Assembly: GCF_000497125.1 (NCBI RefSeq)
Contig: NC_090601.1
Coordinates: forward strand, 1,302,001-1,366,000
Reading direction: 5' to 3'
From: Spironucleus salmonicida
Taxonomy: Eukaryota
DNA length: 64,000 bases
The position numbers and the translations under genes were made by a program. The notes under the pieces are model-generated. The model was not told where the DNA came from and did not search any database. It saw only the letters and a list, made by a program, of their open reading frames with translations. This document shows positions 1 to 13,875 of this stretch, piece after piece (within the stretch, counting starts at the first letter, position 1; each line of letters begins with the position of its first letter).

Positions 1-1096
1 ATACATAGATAAATCCAGAAAGTGACGCAAATATACCAAAAATAACAACGATATTTTCATAAACAGCAGCTAAAGCGAAGGCTAATGTAACAAAAATGAA
101 CGAAATAATGACGGATACTAAATATCCTTTTGTTGTATCCATAGTAAGTCCAAAAATTTATAATAGAGTTTCTTTAATAGGAAACACTACAAGTGGGAAT
201 GAAATAATAACAACTATAGCATAAAGCAAGGCTAAGATATTAAAATACAATAAATTACATTTAGCGAAATTAATAAAAATATTGCTTTATATTTAGTCAC
301 CAAACATTGCCGCGCCAAAATATCCAACCAATGCATAGAATATAGAAGCACCAGTAATTGCTATTCCTAATGAAACTTTGAGGATCTTCTTCTTGAAAAT
401 AGGAGGGCCTTTAAGATCATTCAAAAGAGACGGTATACCATTATGACAGCCAAAATTACTCTAAATAGATGGAATATACATCAAAAATGTTAATATAGTA
501 ATAAAAGGGCTGGACTAAGGGAAAGCTTAGATTTTATATAAAACATCTTTCCCATCAACTTTACAAATTTAACGAGCATCTAACTTAACGAAAAATATGG
601 CAACAATACTTACTACAGTAATGAGAATGATAAAACTAGAAATAGAAGAAACTTTAGACAGGACCCCCATTGATTTTATTAGGCAAAGTGGGAAGATCAA
701 CACAAAAGCTATAAGAGCTTTAGCAAGATATGTGTTAAAAGAATACTTCCCAACATTTTAAATAAAAGATACAACTGAGTTTGCAGAAATAATGACATAA
801 CCTGTACAAAATCCATAAAATGAAACAATGATACACACATTAAGCAAAATTGCCATCTTCTTACCACATATTTTTGTTGTTACTTCCATATAGCTACGTG
901 ATTGTGTATAGTGAACGGCCTCAGTAAATATGTTCAGCAAATATAAAACGAAAATATATACTCCAATGAAAACTATTGCTGAAAGTACAGCTCCCATCTG
1001 GAAAGTAATAAATGATATAGATAGTAATGAAGCTCCCATCATCTGTGATACCAATGAAAACGAGGTAGAAGCTTGATCTTTAATATTTTTAGGCAT
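1..1096 (-). CDS. Amino-acid transporter (Aa_trans, SLC38/AVT-like), 3' end runs off the window
   Basis: ATG 1096; N-term S..LVSQMMGASLLSISF and SYMEVTTKICG; many TM segments; frame stays open past the TAA at 758-760 when read as Gln. Confidence 0.85.
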
Positions 1097-1414
1097 TTAC
1101 GAAGTGAAAATTTTTATAAATGTATATGATTGATAACTAGATACCTAAAAGGCGATTTATTATTTTTTAACAATATCAATTTATTTCGTATAATTATAAT
1201 ATTATTTGAGATTAGATAATTAATTTAATTCATATTTCGAGTATTACGTTTGAATGAACATTATTTATATTATATACTCGACAAATTTATGTCATAAAAA
1301 ACTAATCTTAATTTTTCCAACTAGAGTTTTATAATTTTAAGCTAATATTTATAATATTTAAAATTAAATTTTATATAAAACTCTGTATTTTTCTTAACTG
1401 AAATTAATAGCATA

Positions 1415-1987
1415 TCACTTGGGTTTACCTTAAAAAATATCACACGGACCGCAAACGAGGTTACCACAGCTGTGACCGTGTGGGAGAACGTCTTGGCAGT
1501 CAACAGCGTTACAAGTGAAGTCAGAAGTAAGGAACTTAGTGTGGTCGACCTTTCCAGTAAGCTTGTTGCACGACATTTCGATGTTGGAGATTTGACCGGT
1601 AGGAACACTGGAAATCTTGTTAAAGCCAAAGAGCCCAAATGCAGTGGTGAGGCAAGTGGGAATTTCGGTAAGCTTATTCTTGGTGAGATCCACAGTGCAG
1701 AAAGCCTTGTCCTAGAAGGCATCAGGGTGGATGCTGGCGATCTTGTTATTCGGAAGGATGAGGGCGCTGAGGTGATCTAGGCTCCTGAGGGATGCGGGAA
1801 TGGTTCCAATGAGGTTATTGCCAGGAATCTTTATCGCGACAACATTAAATTTGCTATCGCAAGTAATGCCGTACCAGAGGCAGTAATTCGGATGTTCCAT
1901 CCAGTTGAGCTTAACCTTCCAGTTGTCTCCACCAGTTTTCTCATAGAAGTCCACAAGTGCGGTAACGCTCATTATGATCGCAGCCAT
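1415..1987 (-). CDS. Cyst-wall-protein-like leucine-rich-repeat protein (~190 aa)
   Basis: ORFs 1712-1987 and 1430-1693 join through TAG=Gln. LVDFYEKTGGDNWK..NW....CLWYGITC LRR N-cap, LRRs (NNLIGTIP, CNKLTGKV) and Cys tail CN..DC...CG...C..C, the architecture of Giardia CWP1-3; ends AAG TGA. Confidence 0.75.
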
Positions 1988-2115
1988 TTGTTAGGTCTGT
2001 AAACCAATCTTTGACCCGTGTAGACTAAAAGTAGGGAGTAGACTTTGGCCTTTAAAATAGAGTGGAAAGAAATTTATATTATTATATGTTATAAATAATA
2101 TTTCTAATTTTTTAC

Positions 2116-2664
2116 TCAGTTTCCGACTACACAAAAATCGCCCCAAACGACGCCATTTTCGCACGCATTAAGCTCGCACACCAGCTAATTGCCACTAATG
2201 ACTTTCCTAAACCCAATTTCGCACCGCACACTCTCAAAACACGCCCAGCCTTCCTATCTGCCCTCTAAATCGACCATTTCAAATCCTCTGGAACACTGCG
2301 CGCACCCCTTTCCGCCGTAGCCGTTATCGCACTCACAGCGGCCTTTTCGGACGTTAAAGCGGCCTCTGCCGCAGTTTTCCGCGACGAAGCAGCCGAAAAT
2401 TGCGTCAAAAAGTGCGTTTTCGGGGCAAATTTCGCAAAATTTTCCGCTCGAATTCCCGCATTTGCAGGCGAATTTCTGGCGCTTGGGCGAGTATTCGCAA
2501 GCGGCGAACGGGCACAGCGCGCAGTCCGAGGGCCGGCAGGTGAATTTTTAGCGTTTTTGGGCCGGATCGCATGGCAGGGCCTGGATGGTCAGGAGCAGCA
2601 GAAAAAGGAATATCGGGATTGCGAGCTGGAACGCTGCGTAGAGGTGGATTTGGTGTTATTTCAT
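2116..2664 (-). CDS. Small cysteine-rich, probably secreted EGF/laminin-like protein (~182 aa)
   Basis: Hydrophobic N-term (LAIPIFLFLLLLTIQALP), then CKCGNSSGKFCEIC and CECDNGYGGKGCAQC EGF-like motifs; GC-rich codons; stop TGA 2116-2118. Confidence 0.75.
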
Positions 2665-2960
2665 TTTTGTAATTTTGATAATTAATGTATAATAATGTGT
2701 AATTATTTGGAGTCGAAAATTTAGGCTGGTTGAGATGTTAAGCAAAGCTGTAGAAAAGAGGGTGGGAGAGAGTAGAAAGCTAGTAAATAGGAATAATGAT
2801 ATATAATAAGGTTAGTTGGTAAATGTAAGTGATGCTAAATAGAAGATAGAAAATTGTTTTTTAAGAATAATAGATGAAAACAATCATATAAATGTTACAT
2901 TAATGAAGTATTGACGCTCATATTAATATTTTTATAGTGTGTAAAATTAAAATAACTTGC

Positions 2961-4574
2961 TCATTTTTTACTTCTTTGCTTCATCTTCTTCTATATTTTT
3001 AAGATGTATATAATTCCATAAATTGAGAATGTAAGACAAGTTATAATGTATACACAACCAATAGTTACCGTAATGGCTTTTACTATTAGAAAGTCAGAAT
3101 ATTATTGTTTCTATGTTATTATCATTAGATTAAGGTTTTATTATGAATTTACGCTAGTAAATTTTGCTTCAATCATAATTGTATGATCTTTCAATAATTC
3201 AATGATATCTGCACACAACTATTTATCAATACATGCATAGCAATATTCCGACTAGTTAACATTTAATTAAATTTATTAGTTAATTTATTAAGGCATGACT
3301 TGTCCGTTCTTTTAAAATCTTAATAACATATTAAAATCAAGTGTTTATTTAATAGGTATTATGCATCCAAAAACTTACTTTTATCTAACTAAACCTAGAC
3401 ATATTTAACCATATTCTTGCTATATGAAAGCTTGAGTCCAACAAGAACTATATATTGGAATTACAGTTTTTTCTGCATTTTTAAATTCGTCATTCTAATA
3501 AAATAAAGTATCGAAATAAAAAGTACCACCCTCTTCTATTGCTGCATTAAAAGCAGTTCTACACTATTACTAGCTTTATAATGACCCAGAATCACATGCA
3601 TATATTGTAGTTTCCTATTTTTCATTATAAGTAGTAGAAGTAAAAGATTATTCTAAAATAATTTAGCCTCCCCCCGCGCTTACTGTTAATCTTTTTATAT
3701 AATATGTGAATCCTATATTATTAACAGCATCTCTAATTTTATCATAATCAGGAATATTTGGTACATTTACATGAAATGCAGTATTAGCTAATGAAACTCC
3801 TACATTTATATCCCCATAAAACTTAACACCCATACCTTATATATTAACAAAATCAATGAAAGTTGTAAGTGTAATTGTTGCTGCACCTTATTGTACAGTA
3901 AGTACCATTCTTCCATAAACAACAGCTTTTTCTCTAATACCAGGGAAAACAGAATTTCCAGTATATGTAAAATTTTATCCTATAAGTGTATATGAATCTA
4001 CAAATTACTTAAAATCTATATCCGCATAAATACCATCGACAGCCAATTACCCCTAAATAACTTATGATGTAATATCCCCAGCTGAATTTTTCTATGTTTC
4101 GATTTATTGTCTACATAACCCTGTGGAATCGACAGTTAATGTATAAGAATTAGAAGATACAGTCATTGCGCTAATTTTTGTATAACATGATGCAATTTCT
4201 GATAATATTTCATCAAAATAGTATATATTTAATTCAGTAATTAAAGAATAAGTGTAAATATGCACGATCATAAATGATTCAGACACAAAATCTGGTATAT
4301 TTTAAAACAATAATTCAGTTGTATTTTCATAATTATACTACTAATCTATAGTATAAATAATAGGAATAGTAGCATTTTTTAATATAAGTGAAGCTTATAT
4401 AGGTTAGCTTAAAGCTTAGCATGATTCATTAAAAGTTGGAAATAGCAGAATTTTAATTTATTAAACATTCTTATTATACTCTGCGACAGTTTCATTTTTG
4501 AAGCAATCTGTATACACGGTTTAGTATTCAGTAAACAAATAACCAGTTTATAAAACCATAAATAAACCTGACAT
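2961..4574 (-). CDS. Hypothetical type I membrane protein (~537 aa)
   Basis: ATG 4574 in frame with track ORF 4104-4286; C-terminal TM (ITVTIGCVYIITCLTFSIYGIIYIL) and basic tail KIQKKMKQRSKK-TGA. Confidence 0.7.
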
Positions 4575-4911
4575 TTTTATATTATGTTACAAACAATATC
4601 TTATAATCAAATCAAAATATAAGTTAATAAAAATGTGATATTTTTATATATTATTAATTAATATAGTAATTAATAATGTTAAATTTTAAATTTGCTTTTG
4701 TCTAATTGCCCGATAACATATTTAAATTAATAACTTTATATTGAGAGTAACAATAGAAGTACTTACTTTTTTCTATTGCCGACACAAACTATAAAGTAAC
4801 CTTATGAGATAATTGTAGCTACTGCTCAATGTTCCAAGCTCTTCTAATCTATTACATATATTTTTCATTAACAGTATATTATATGAATATAGAGTACCCA
4901 TTCCATAATTC

Positions 4912-7900
4912 ATGATCCCGCAAAAGTTCTAGGACTCCGAAAACCTTCGTACACTCACGTTGGCATAGAGAATGAATACATTTTAAACAGTAACTAAGGC
5001 AAAACCCCTTGATATACACTAAACCTTGAAAAATTGGTCAAGATAAACCGTTAAAACTTCTTCTTTAACTCAGCGTGTGAAAAATCCTGAATTTGAAATT
5101 CCTAAATCTCCTAATCTCTCATATGCAACAGCTGCAAAAAATCCTGAGCAGTCAATTTTATAAAATTACATTTAAAGGCATGAAAGCTAATCTCAACTAT
5201 TAATTAATAATTTTGTGCACTATTTAGACACACTGATTGTTGCAAGCTACGATGATCTATCTAAAACTAGAGAGGATTTTTAATATTAAATGAGTTCTTT
5301 TGAATGCCAGTATCTTAAATACATCGATGATGACTAAATCAAACCAATCAAGCTCATTCTCCAAATGAACTAAATTCGAGATGATACAACAGACTTTTTG
5401 AGTTCTATTGTTGATAAAATTAACAGGTAAAATGACCTCCTGATTTCTTCAACAACAACTGAAACCATACATATTGTTGATGAGTTATTTACTAACTCAT
5501 AAACCGAAGAATAAATAACCAGTCTCTTGTTGATACCATTAGACGATTTTAATGACAAGTAGGTTCGTCTAATCAAGTATCAGCAGGACTTTATCATCTC
5601 GTCCCAGGAGCGCGCCCAAATCACGAAAAATGATTTCCTGGCTCGTGCTCAATAAGTTATGAGAAACCGAAGAAAAGTAGCCGCTGAAGTACTAATTCGC
5701 GACTTCCGGGACTTCGTAATTCAGTAAAACGAGTGGAACAATATTCTAACGGCCGCTGTCAACGACTGTAACTGCCAGAACCAATAGATCAGTGCCAGTG
5801 TTCATGATGCTATGAGTGGTGTGTATGGTGCAAAAAGAGTGGAACTTTTCGCTCTAATTCGTGTATTTTTGCAAGGCCGTCATGAGGCTAGGTACGGAGT
5901 TAAAAATTTGTATTCTACATATTCTGAGGTCTACAATGCGCTTTTGGAGGCTCAAAATCGCACTATTGATGCGCTCACACAAATTAATATGCCAGGAACC
6001 CAGTACGTAGAGATGATTTTATAGGGCTGGGAAACTCGCTGGAACAAACGTATTGAGCTTCTAAAGTAGTAAAGTGAACTTTAGATGAAAGATAACGGAT
6101 TTTATGTTGCTGGGATTGTTATAATGTTCAGTTTTATTGAAAAAATTAAATTAGAAAGTCACGCAAATGATATAATAATGCAAAGTTATTTTGATAAGGT
6201 TTTAAATTCATTGGAAACTAGGTTTTAACGTGACTTGCAGCGCTATAATGGATGTATCAACACAATTAGTGTGTAATATAAGAAGATATGGAATATAAAC
6301 GAGGTTTAAAAAATGTCAGAGATAGCTTTAAAACTGATTTAAGCCATGGATTTAGCGTTAAAATAAAGATAAAATTAATTAGAAGTTATGACTGTTAATG
6401 AGGACAATATTTTTTCTAAGATAATAACAGACAAGATGTTTGAAGAAGTTTAACTATATATTTAACATCTTGTTGGTACAGATTTTAAATGCGAAAGCTT
6501 GGAATGCAAGAAAAGTGTTTAATGGAATAATGGTCGAATGTAAATTAAAGAATTAGATGAGATGATAAACGAAAGAGATTAAGATTTTTCGAAAGAAGGA
6601 GCTAGCGAAAAATAAAATTCTATTAAAGAAGATTCCAACTAACCTTAGCGAAGCAGTAGCTCGAAGAAATCAGACGTCAAGAAGGTGGAATAGAAAAAAT
6701 AGGATCCTAAAAAACCTGTTTAATATTAGTTAAACGAACAAGGACTTTATATGGATTTACCATTATTTGACAATATAGATTAAGCTTAATATATTAAAGA
6801 TCATGGGTTTTCATTTGGATAGGATAATGTTTCTGCAGAATAAATTGGAGAAGCAATCAAAATATCTATAACTGATCCTAACGAAAAGAAAAAAGAGGTT
6901 AAAAAAGGCAAAGATGATGTTGTTATGAATGCTATGCTTAATGCAGAAATAGGATAAACTATTGTTAATGTATAAACATAAAATGGCCAGATATAAATAT
7001 AACTGAAAATAACAGCTGATATTAGGTTACTAATGCATCTTGCAATTTTAATGTTTATGCAGGAAGAAGGAATAAGAAAAGCTTTTAATTAATCTGTATA
7101 AGATTTCCATAAGTAGATTAAACAATGGGAAGTTAGCTATATATCTATATTAAACGAAGTTTCGATGTAAAAACTAAAGGATAGCAAAGATAATTGGATA
7201 AAAGAGAAAGCTGCAATAGAAAAGCGCAATAAAAGTAAAAAGAAAGATACTGACGATGAGGAAATCCCCCCAGAACCTTAAGAACCTGATTAAATAGTTG
7301 AACTACCTTTAGATGTAATAGAGAAGCTACAGCATACTCGTGTACCATAATAAAAAGAATAGGACACGTAGAATATTTACTTAACTCTAGTGTATCAACT
7401 TCTACCTTATGAAGAACTGAAAAAGATACCTTTTGCAGAAAAGTATCAAATTGATATAGATGAAGTAATGTTTGAAACAATTGGTTGCTTAGACTCAACT
7501 CCTACAATTACTGCTCCATAGACTAGACAAAACAGTAGGCCTGGTACAGGTACTACTAGTAGAAAAGTATCTGCGCAATAAGACAAGAAGGGGAAACAAA
7601 AAGTCGAATAGAAAACGGATTAAATAATATTACCAAAACCATATAATATAAAAGAATTTTGGACAGATGCTAGACTTGTTACTCATGGTCAGTCAACAAT
7701 TTTACAAATGTTAGTAAACTAAGTAGTTTCTGTTGAGCTTGCCTAGATTTTAGAAAAGTCATATAAATGTTTATAACATTATAAGCGCGAAGGTAATATA
7801 ATCAGACAAAAATCTTCTTAGGATACATATGGTTTTTTGCTTTAATTATAGAGTCATAAAATGACTTATGTGTAATAAGCTGTTCAATCTATTGAATCAT

Positions 7901-10599
7901 AGTTCGCTATTAGAAATGGTATTTCGTAGCGTTTAATTGAAAAAGTTAACCACTTAGTGTCAAATATTTCAGTTGAGCATCTACAATGTGATAGCAGATA
8001 TGATTAATTATTACCAATATGTTAAAGAATATTCCCTGTATAAGAAAATACTTAGGTAATTAAAGAAGAAGTTAAAGGTAAGAAGGATGCTCCAAAGAAA
8101 ACTGAAAATAATTTTCAATAATAAGCAGACTCTATGCTTATTAAGAATAACATTGCTTAATATGTTTAACTTATTTCTAATGTCTAAACAGGGTAGGTAG
8201 AAAGTGTTTATTTTTAAGATTCATTAGGATAATCGATTCCTTTATTAAGAGCTACCTAAAAAGAATTTGAGACGATATTTTTACCTTTGGTTGTTAAAGA
8301 ATTAAAAAATTCTCCTTAATAAGTTCATAGAATTATTTTAAAATAATTAAATGCATATGTATATGCTATAAATAATAAATTAGAAACATAAATTATTCCA
8401 TAAGTTATGAGATAGATACTTATGATGTAAAGATAATTAGACAAGGAATTATAAGAAATTTCACAATGGGGTAGTGATAATGAAGTTTCTTGTGACTTTA
8501 GTTTTGCAGACCAAACTGTTGCATTTCTTCTTAATTCTTACAATATCCCATAAAAATTGGTCATCGTTGAAAATTCTAAAGCTACATCACACCCAACGCT
8601 AAATATTACAATATCATTAATTCAATAATTAGATATGATGAAATAGGACATTGAATCTAAGTTTTCATAGGATATTTATTTAATCAAACGAGTTATAACA
8701 TCGTTATCTAAAGTTATAGAAACATGCAATACATAATAGATTTAATAACATAATAAATAAGTATTAGTCTAAAGAGAGACTAGTAAATTATAGGCTTTGA
8801 TAACCGGTCGTTTCACATCACTAGATGCGTAACTTGATAATATTAAGGCAAACATTAAAAATGGAGAAAAATTATTTGCTCTGTAATATTTACATGAAGA
8901 TATGAAATAGTCCAAATCTGTACTACAAAGTCTTACTATGAAAAATAATTCTAGATCAAAAAGCTCTATTAGTTCATAGAAATAGCTAACATTTGTTAAT
9001 GATTAATAAATTTTGAGTAAGTCAGCTTAGTTTGTATAAAATAGTCTAAATTTAGAATTTATCTACTACTTACTTTCTTATGAAAGACAACTTACAGAAG
9101 TTGTTTATTTGAAATCTTCTAACTACACATTAGCATTAGAGTAATATTAGTAGAGATAGAAGGCATTTAATTCGTATTTCGGATTGTTTTCATCACTAGT
9201 TACTATGATTGATAAGTTATTTGTGAATAAGGACAAAATGGAATTTCAATAAATTTTAGATTTATGTAGTAATACCAACTAGTTTATTGGTTCGAATAAA
9301 TATGAAACAAAAAACAAAATATATGTAAATAACGACACAGTAGATATTGGAACCTAATTTGCTTCAGAGTATAATTAGTTAATTGCTAAATTTCCAGGAA
9401 TTATTATTTAAAAGGACAATATTCGTGAAAAATGTGTTACTGAATAAGACTGGGTTAATTACTATATCAATAAGATGGTTGATAGATTGGATAAAAGTTT
9501 TAGTGATCTTCGTATCAAATGCTAATCTATTGTTGCTTAAAGAGATAGTACTATGCAAATAATACTAAACAATTATAGATAGTATAGTTAAAAATTAATA
9601 ATTTAATTATTTACATAATAAAGATCATCAAGCGTTTTGTAATCTTAAAAGTTTAAAGAAGAGTTCTTAAAGCATTTTAATGGTTTGTATGATAAAGTTA
9701 GACCAGTTTTAAAATCATTACCTGAGAAGAAAGCATAACTTTTAGAATAAGGTCTATAATTTTATAATAGTATGAAAGTTCAGCTTTCACAATATGCAGA
9801 ATATCAAGACTAAGAATTTTCACTTTAGATTTAATTCTTATTATTATCAGTTTTGGTTCCTCATCTGCTTTTTTCATTATATCCATCAATACCAAACTCA
9901 TCATCAGTGTCATTATAAATATCAACATTGATAGATATCTTCACGAAAGATGATACAGTTCCTGTAAAAGAAGCAAAAGTTAAAACTCCGGTCGCAGAAA
10001 CCCGTAAGCTGGTTCTTTTATAAGAGATTGATTAGATATAACCATCGTCAGATGAGGTTTTTGCGAGTTAATATGTTAAATGTGTTAAGTGTCTCACCTA
10101 AAATCTGAATTCGAAGTAAATTATATTTGATATTTCTAAAATTGATTAAAAAGTACTGCTTTCTGCACAAAATAATCCTAAACCATAGTTAATGCAGCCT
10201 TTTGCAAAAGCACAATTAATACCTGTTGCTGATGCAGAATCATTAGAAATATATAGATAAAATGAGTCACGTCCAGCAAGTAAATTAGGTGAAAAACCTC
10301 CTGCAAAAGGGGCTCCTATTTTAGGAAAATAACCTGTGTTAATTAACTTTAATATTGCGTTGTAAAATCTTGTATTGGCTGATGATGAAAAATCCATGAA
10401 ATTTGGAATTAATGTTTCAGTTCCTGTTTCTAATGATAAGCTGAGCGTTGAGTATGGATCTAATATTGCTAACGCATGTTATTAAACTATTGATGGATGT
10501 TGTAGCGATACTAGTACAGTCAAAAATGCATTTGAAGAGGTTAATAAAGTAATTGAACAAGTATGGATAGAGTTTTAAGAAGCATTAACTTCAATCTGA
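4912..10599 (+). CDS. Large coiled-coil protein (~1895 aa), possibly CCDC180/DUF4455-DUF4456-like
   Basis: Single frame open with TAR=Gln from ATG 4912 to TGA 10597-10599 (includes track ORF 5812-6024); long helical, K/E-rich sequence. Family resemblance judged by eye only and is weak. Confidence 0.65.
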
Positions 10600-10654
10600 T
10601 TCTGATAATTTCATTGCTCATTTAATATTATAATTATTTATCCATTCCAAATTA

Positions 10655-13309
10655 ATGCCACCAATTCAGAAAAGTATAATGGACTTCTTAAAACCAAAAA
10701 CTTACACATAATCATAAGAAATTACTATTAAAAAAGAAGAGAAACAAATACCTAAGACACCTGTTCTAAAACCAATCAATCCAAAAGCTTCAGTTGGAAT
10801 ATTAAAAACACCTTCGCCAAAGCCTATTCATATAGCTCCAGCATATTCTCCTTCTAATTAATCTCCGTAAAATTCTATTGATGTGTCTCGGTTCTATTCT
10901 CCATCACCAATAGCCTAGGATGCAGATCCAATATTATTCAAACCTACCAAAGAAACGCCAATGTTGAAGTAATATAATTACATCAGAAATCAACTTGAAA
11001 TTGATACTGCTCTATTTTTACAAAATGGTGCATTCTACGAACTATATGAACAAGATGCTAGCTTTGGAGGTCAGTTTCTATAGCTAAAAGTCGTATAAAA
11101 ACATGAAAATATGGTAATGTCAGGGGTTCCTATGGTATAAGGTGATTTCTTCATAAAAAGGTCTCTTTAACTCAATCGACGTATCTGTGTGGCCCTCTAG
11201 TTCGAATAATAGGACCCAAGATTCAAAATATAAAAACGTGAAATTTCTTATCTTTTAAGTCCAGGGTTAATATAAGATCCTGATTTTTTGTCATCTAGTG
11301 CGTATGGTTTATTATTTTTAGATACTAATAGTGCTATTTTTATAGACCTTATAAAGTAATCTTTTAGTCATTTTGAAATTCCAGAAGATGAAGATTTATA
11401 ATAACTATTAATTTTAATTTAGCCTGCAGAAGTATTGACAAGTGATATATAAAAAGCATAGATTGCAAAAATTTATGTGAGCTGTGTAACGTACTATCCC
11501 GAAAGTTATTTTGAAAAGTTAGTTAACGAAGGAAAATTTTCACATTTTCCAAAAATTTTAAATCAATACTTAAGTTATATGAGAGTCGGTAAACTGAATT
11601 AAATGGAGTTTTAATAAGATGATATAACGAAAAATGTATTTTTACCATCGTCAACAATTTATTCACTTAATTTGGAATGTAAAACTGGATACTCTCTTCT
11701 CAAAACTATAAATTTCACATAAACAAAATAAGGGTTTTAAATGCTTAGAAAGTAGGTTTTAAGGCCGTTTTTCATGAAAGAAGATATATGTTAATATCAA
11801 AAACTAATCTAAAGCTTTGCATCAGTTTCACTCGAACAATTAAAGCAAATTCAAAAATAGTTGAAATAATGTATTGATTATGAAAAATATACTCATTATA
11901 TCATCAAATAAGCAGAAAATGTAAAATTTCCAATCAATTAATTTCAGGTACTAATCGTCTCTTTCTAAAAGGGAATTAACGTGTTGAATCAGCTTTTAAC
12001 TGAGCAATTTTACACCGTTTTTATCGATAGGGTAAATGTTGCATCCATTCAACAAATTGTTGATTAGTTCAACTAAAACTTCTAAATAATAAACAAAGAA
12101 CTACACTTGCACGATTCAAACTCTAATTTTCAATAGCAAAAACAAAAATCCGACGAGTTCTAAAACACTCTACTGTCATATTTGCGGGAATTAAAGCTTT
12201 CTTATGTGACATAACCAATCCTCGCCAAATCGCTCTCCTCAAAAGATTCCAGGAACTTCTTAGGTTTTACGCCAGCCCCTAACCAGTTTCTAGTTGTAGG
12301 CCGCGACCTACTTTCAACCGACCAGCTGCTGTCAGCCTTCAAGGGAAAACACTCATTAACCTACATTGCCTCCACCCAAACCGTCCACAAATTCGCATTT
12401 CCTGAAATTTTCTAAAAAGAAGTGGAAAATCAAATTCAAAGTCAAAACTGTATGCTCAAAACCTCAATTTCTGAATTTTTGAGCTACCTCAAAATCGACC
12501 AAATAGCCCAATTTTCGGCCCAAATCGCCCTATTCGATTTTGCGATTTCCCTCGCGATCCTGCCTCTCAAGCACGCGAATTTCCCCTGGTGTTTCCCGCA
12601 GATACAGACCGCCAGCGCCTCAAAACTCAGCTTCCGGAACGCGGTCCACCCGATCGCTTTCAGCACGCAAACCGCCTGGCAAAAGCAGTCGTTTTCCGCT
12701 TCAAAACCTGCGATTCTGACGGGCGCCAACACGTCCGGCAAGTCGACCGTCCTGCGGCTCATCGGAACGCTCGCGATTTTGGCGCAAATCGGCGCGCCGG
12801 TGCCCGCCGAAGAGGCCGTTTTGGTGCCGTTTTCAGCCGTTTTGGCGCGCGTTGGAGGCAGCAAAAGCGCGAATTCGACCTTCGCGGCGGAGTGCCTAGA
12901 GACCAGTTTCCTCACGAATAGTATGACGGGCCGAAGCCTGGTGCTGATCGACGAAATCGGCCGCGGGACTGAGAGCTCTGAAGGGGACGCGCTGGGGCAG
13001 GGCGTCTGCGTTGAAATACAAAAAATGGGTGTATGCGGAATCGTCGCGACGCACTCGGCACCCGTTAAAGCGCTAGCGGCAGTTCTGGGCATTTCGCTGA
13101 TCAATATGACCAGTTTTGTATAGAATTCGAGTGTTGTGAACAAGTACGAAATCGACGAAAGCGGAGAGGGGAAGAGCTACGGTATCGAGGTCGCGCGGGG
13201 GATGGGCATCCAGGAAAGCGTTATTGAGGAAGCCGAAAAATTGCGCGACTAAATGGAAAAGCAGAGAAAAATAAAACTTTTCTTAAAGCTTTAAGAGCTG
13301 TGCGTGTGA
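10655..13309 (+). CDS. MSH6: DNA mismatch repair protein MutS homolog, MSH6-type (~884 aa)
   Basis: N-terminal PIP-box-like QKSIMDF; domain I TPMLKQY...GAFYELYEQDA (Phe-X-Glu mismatch motif); Walker A LTGANTSGKST, STFAAEC, Walker B LVLIDEIGRGT, ATH, SYGIEVA. Confidence 0.85.
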
Positions 13310-13310
13310 T

Positions 13311-13754
13311 TCAGAATATTTTTAACTGTGTAGCGAACCAAATTGTAGCTAAAAATGTGAAAATATATGCTAAAACGGACCCTAAGAATGCTGAGTAGAG
13401 TTCACCAACGCCAAAGTCAATTCCTGCAAAAGTGATCAGAATTAGCGTTATTGATGTTATTAGAATGCTTCGTAAGAGGTTGATTGTGATGAAGATGTTA
13501 TCACCTAGCTTACGTCGAATTCGGATTGAAACAATGGAATAAAGGATCAAAATTAGCTAAAATAATATTACTATTATAACTAGGCAAATAATAATTGAGT
13601 ATTTTGGGAGAAGTTTTGGTTTTTCTAGTTATAAATCGAAATAGGCTAATAAAAATAATGCAACTATATTAAGGAGTATATCTGAGCGAGTAGATACCAA
13701 ATTTTCATATTAAATTGCTCTGGATCGGAGATATGCTTTTTGAGAGGTGTCCAT
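13311..13754 (-). CDS. Small multi-pass membrane protein (~147 aa)
   Basis: ATG 13754 in frame with track ORF 13311-13550; about four hydrophobic segments. Confidence 0.6.
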
Positions 13755-13875
13755 TATTACTACAATAATCTACAAATGGATATTATATACTTATATACTA
13801 AATACTACTCTACTGTACATATTAATATTAAATATATAATATTAATCTAATTCCCGTTCCGATTATTGTTTGAAT

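Noticed and set aside
12484-13143. Track ORFs 12484-13143(-) and 12589-12921(+)
   Set aside because: Shadows of the GC-rich MSH6 ATPase region.
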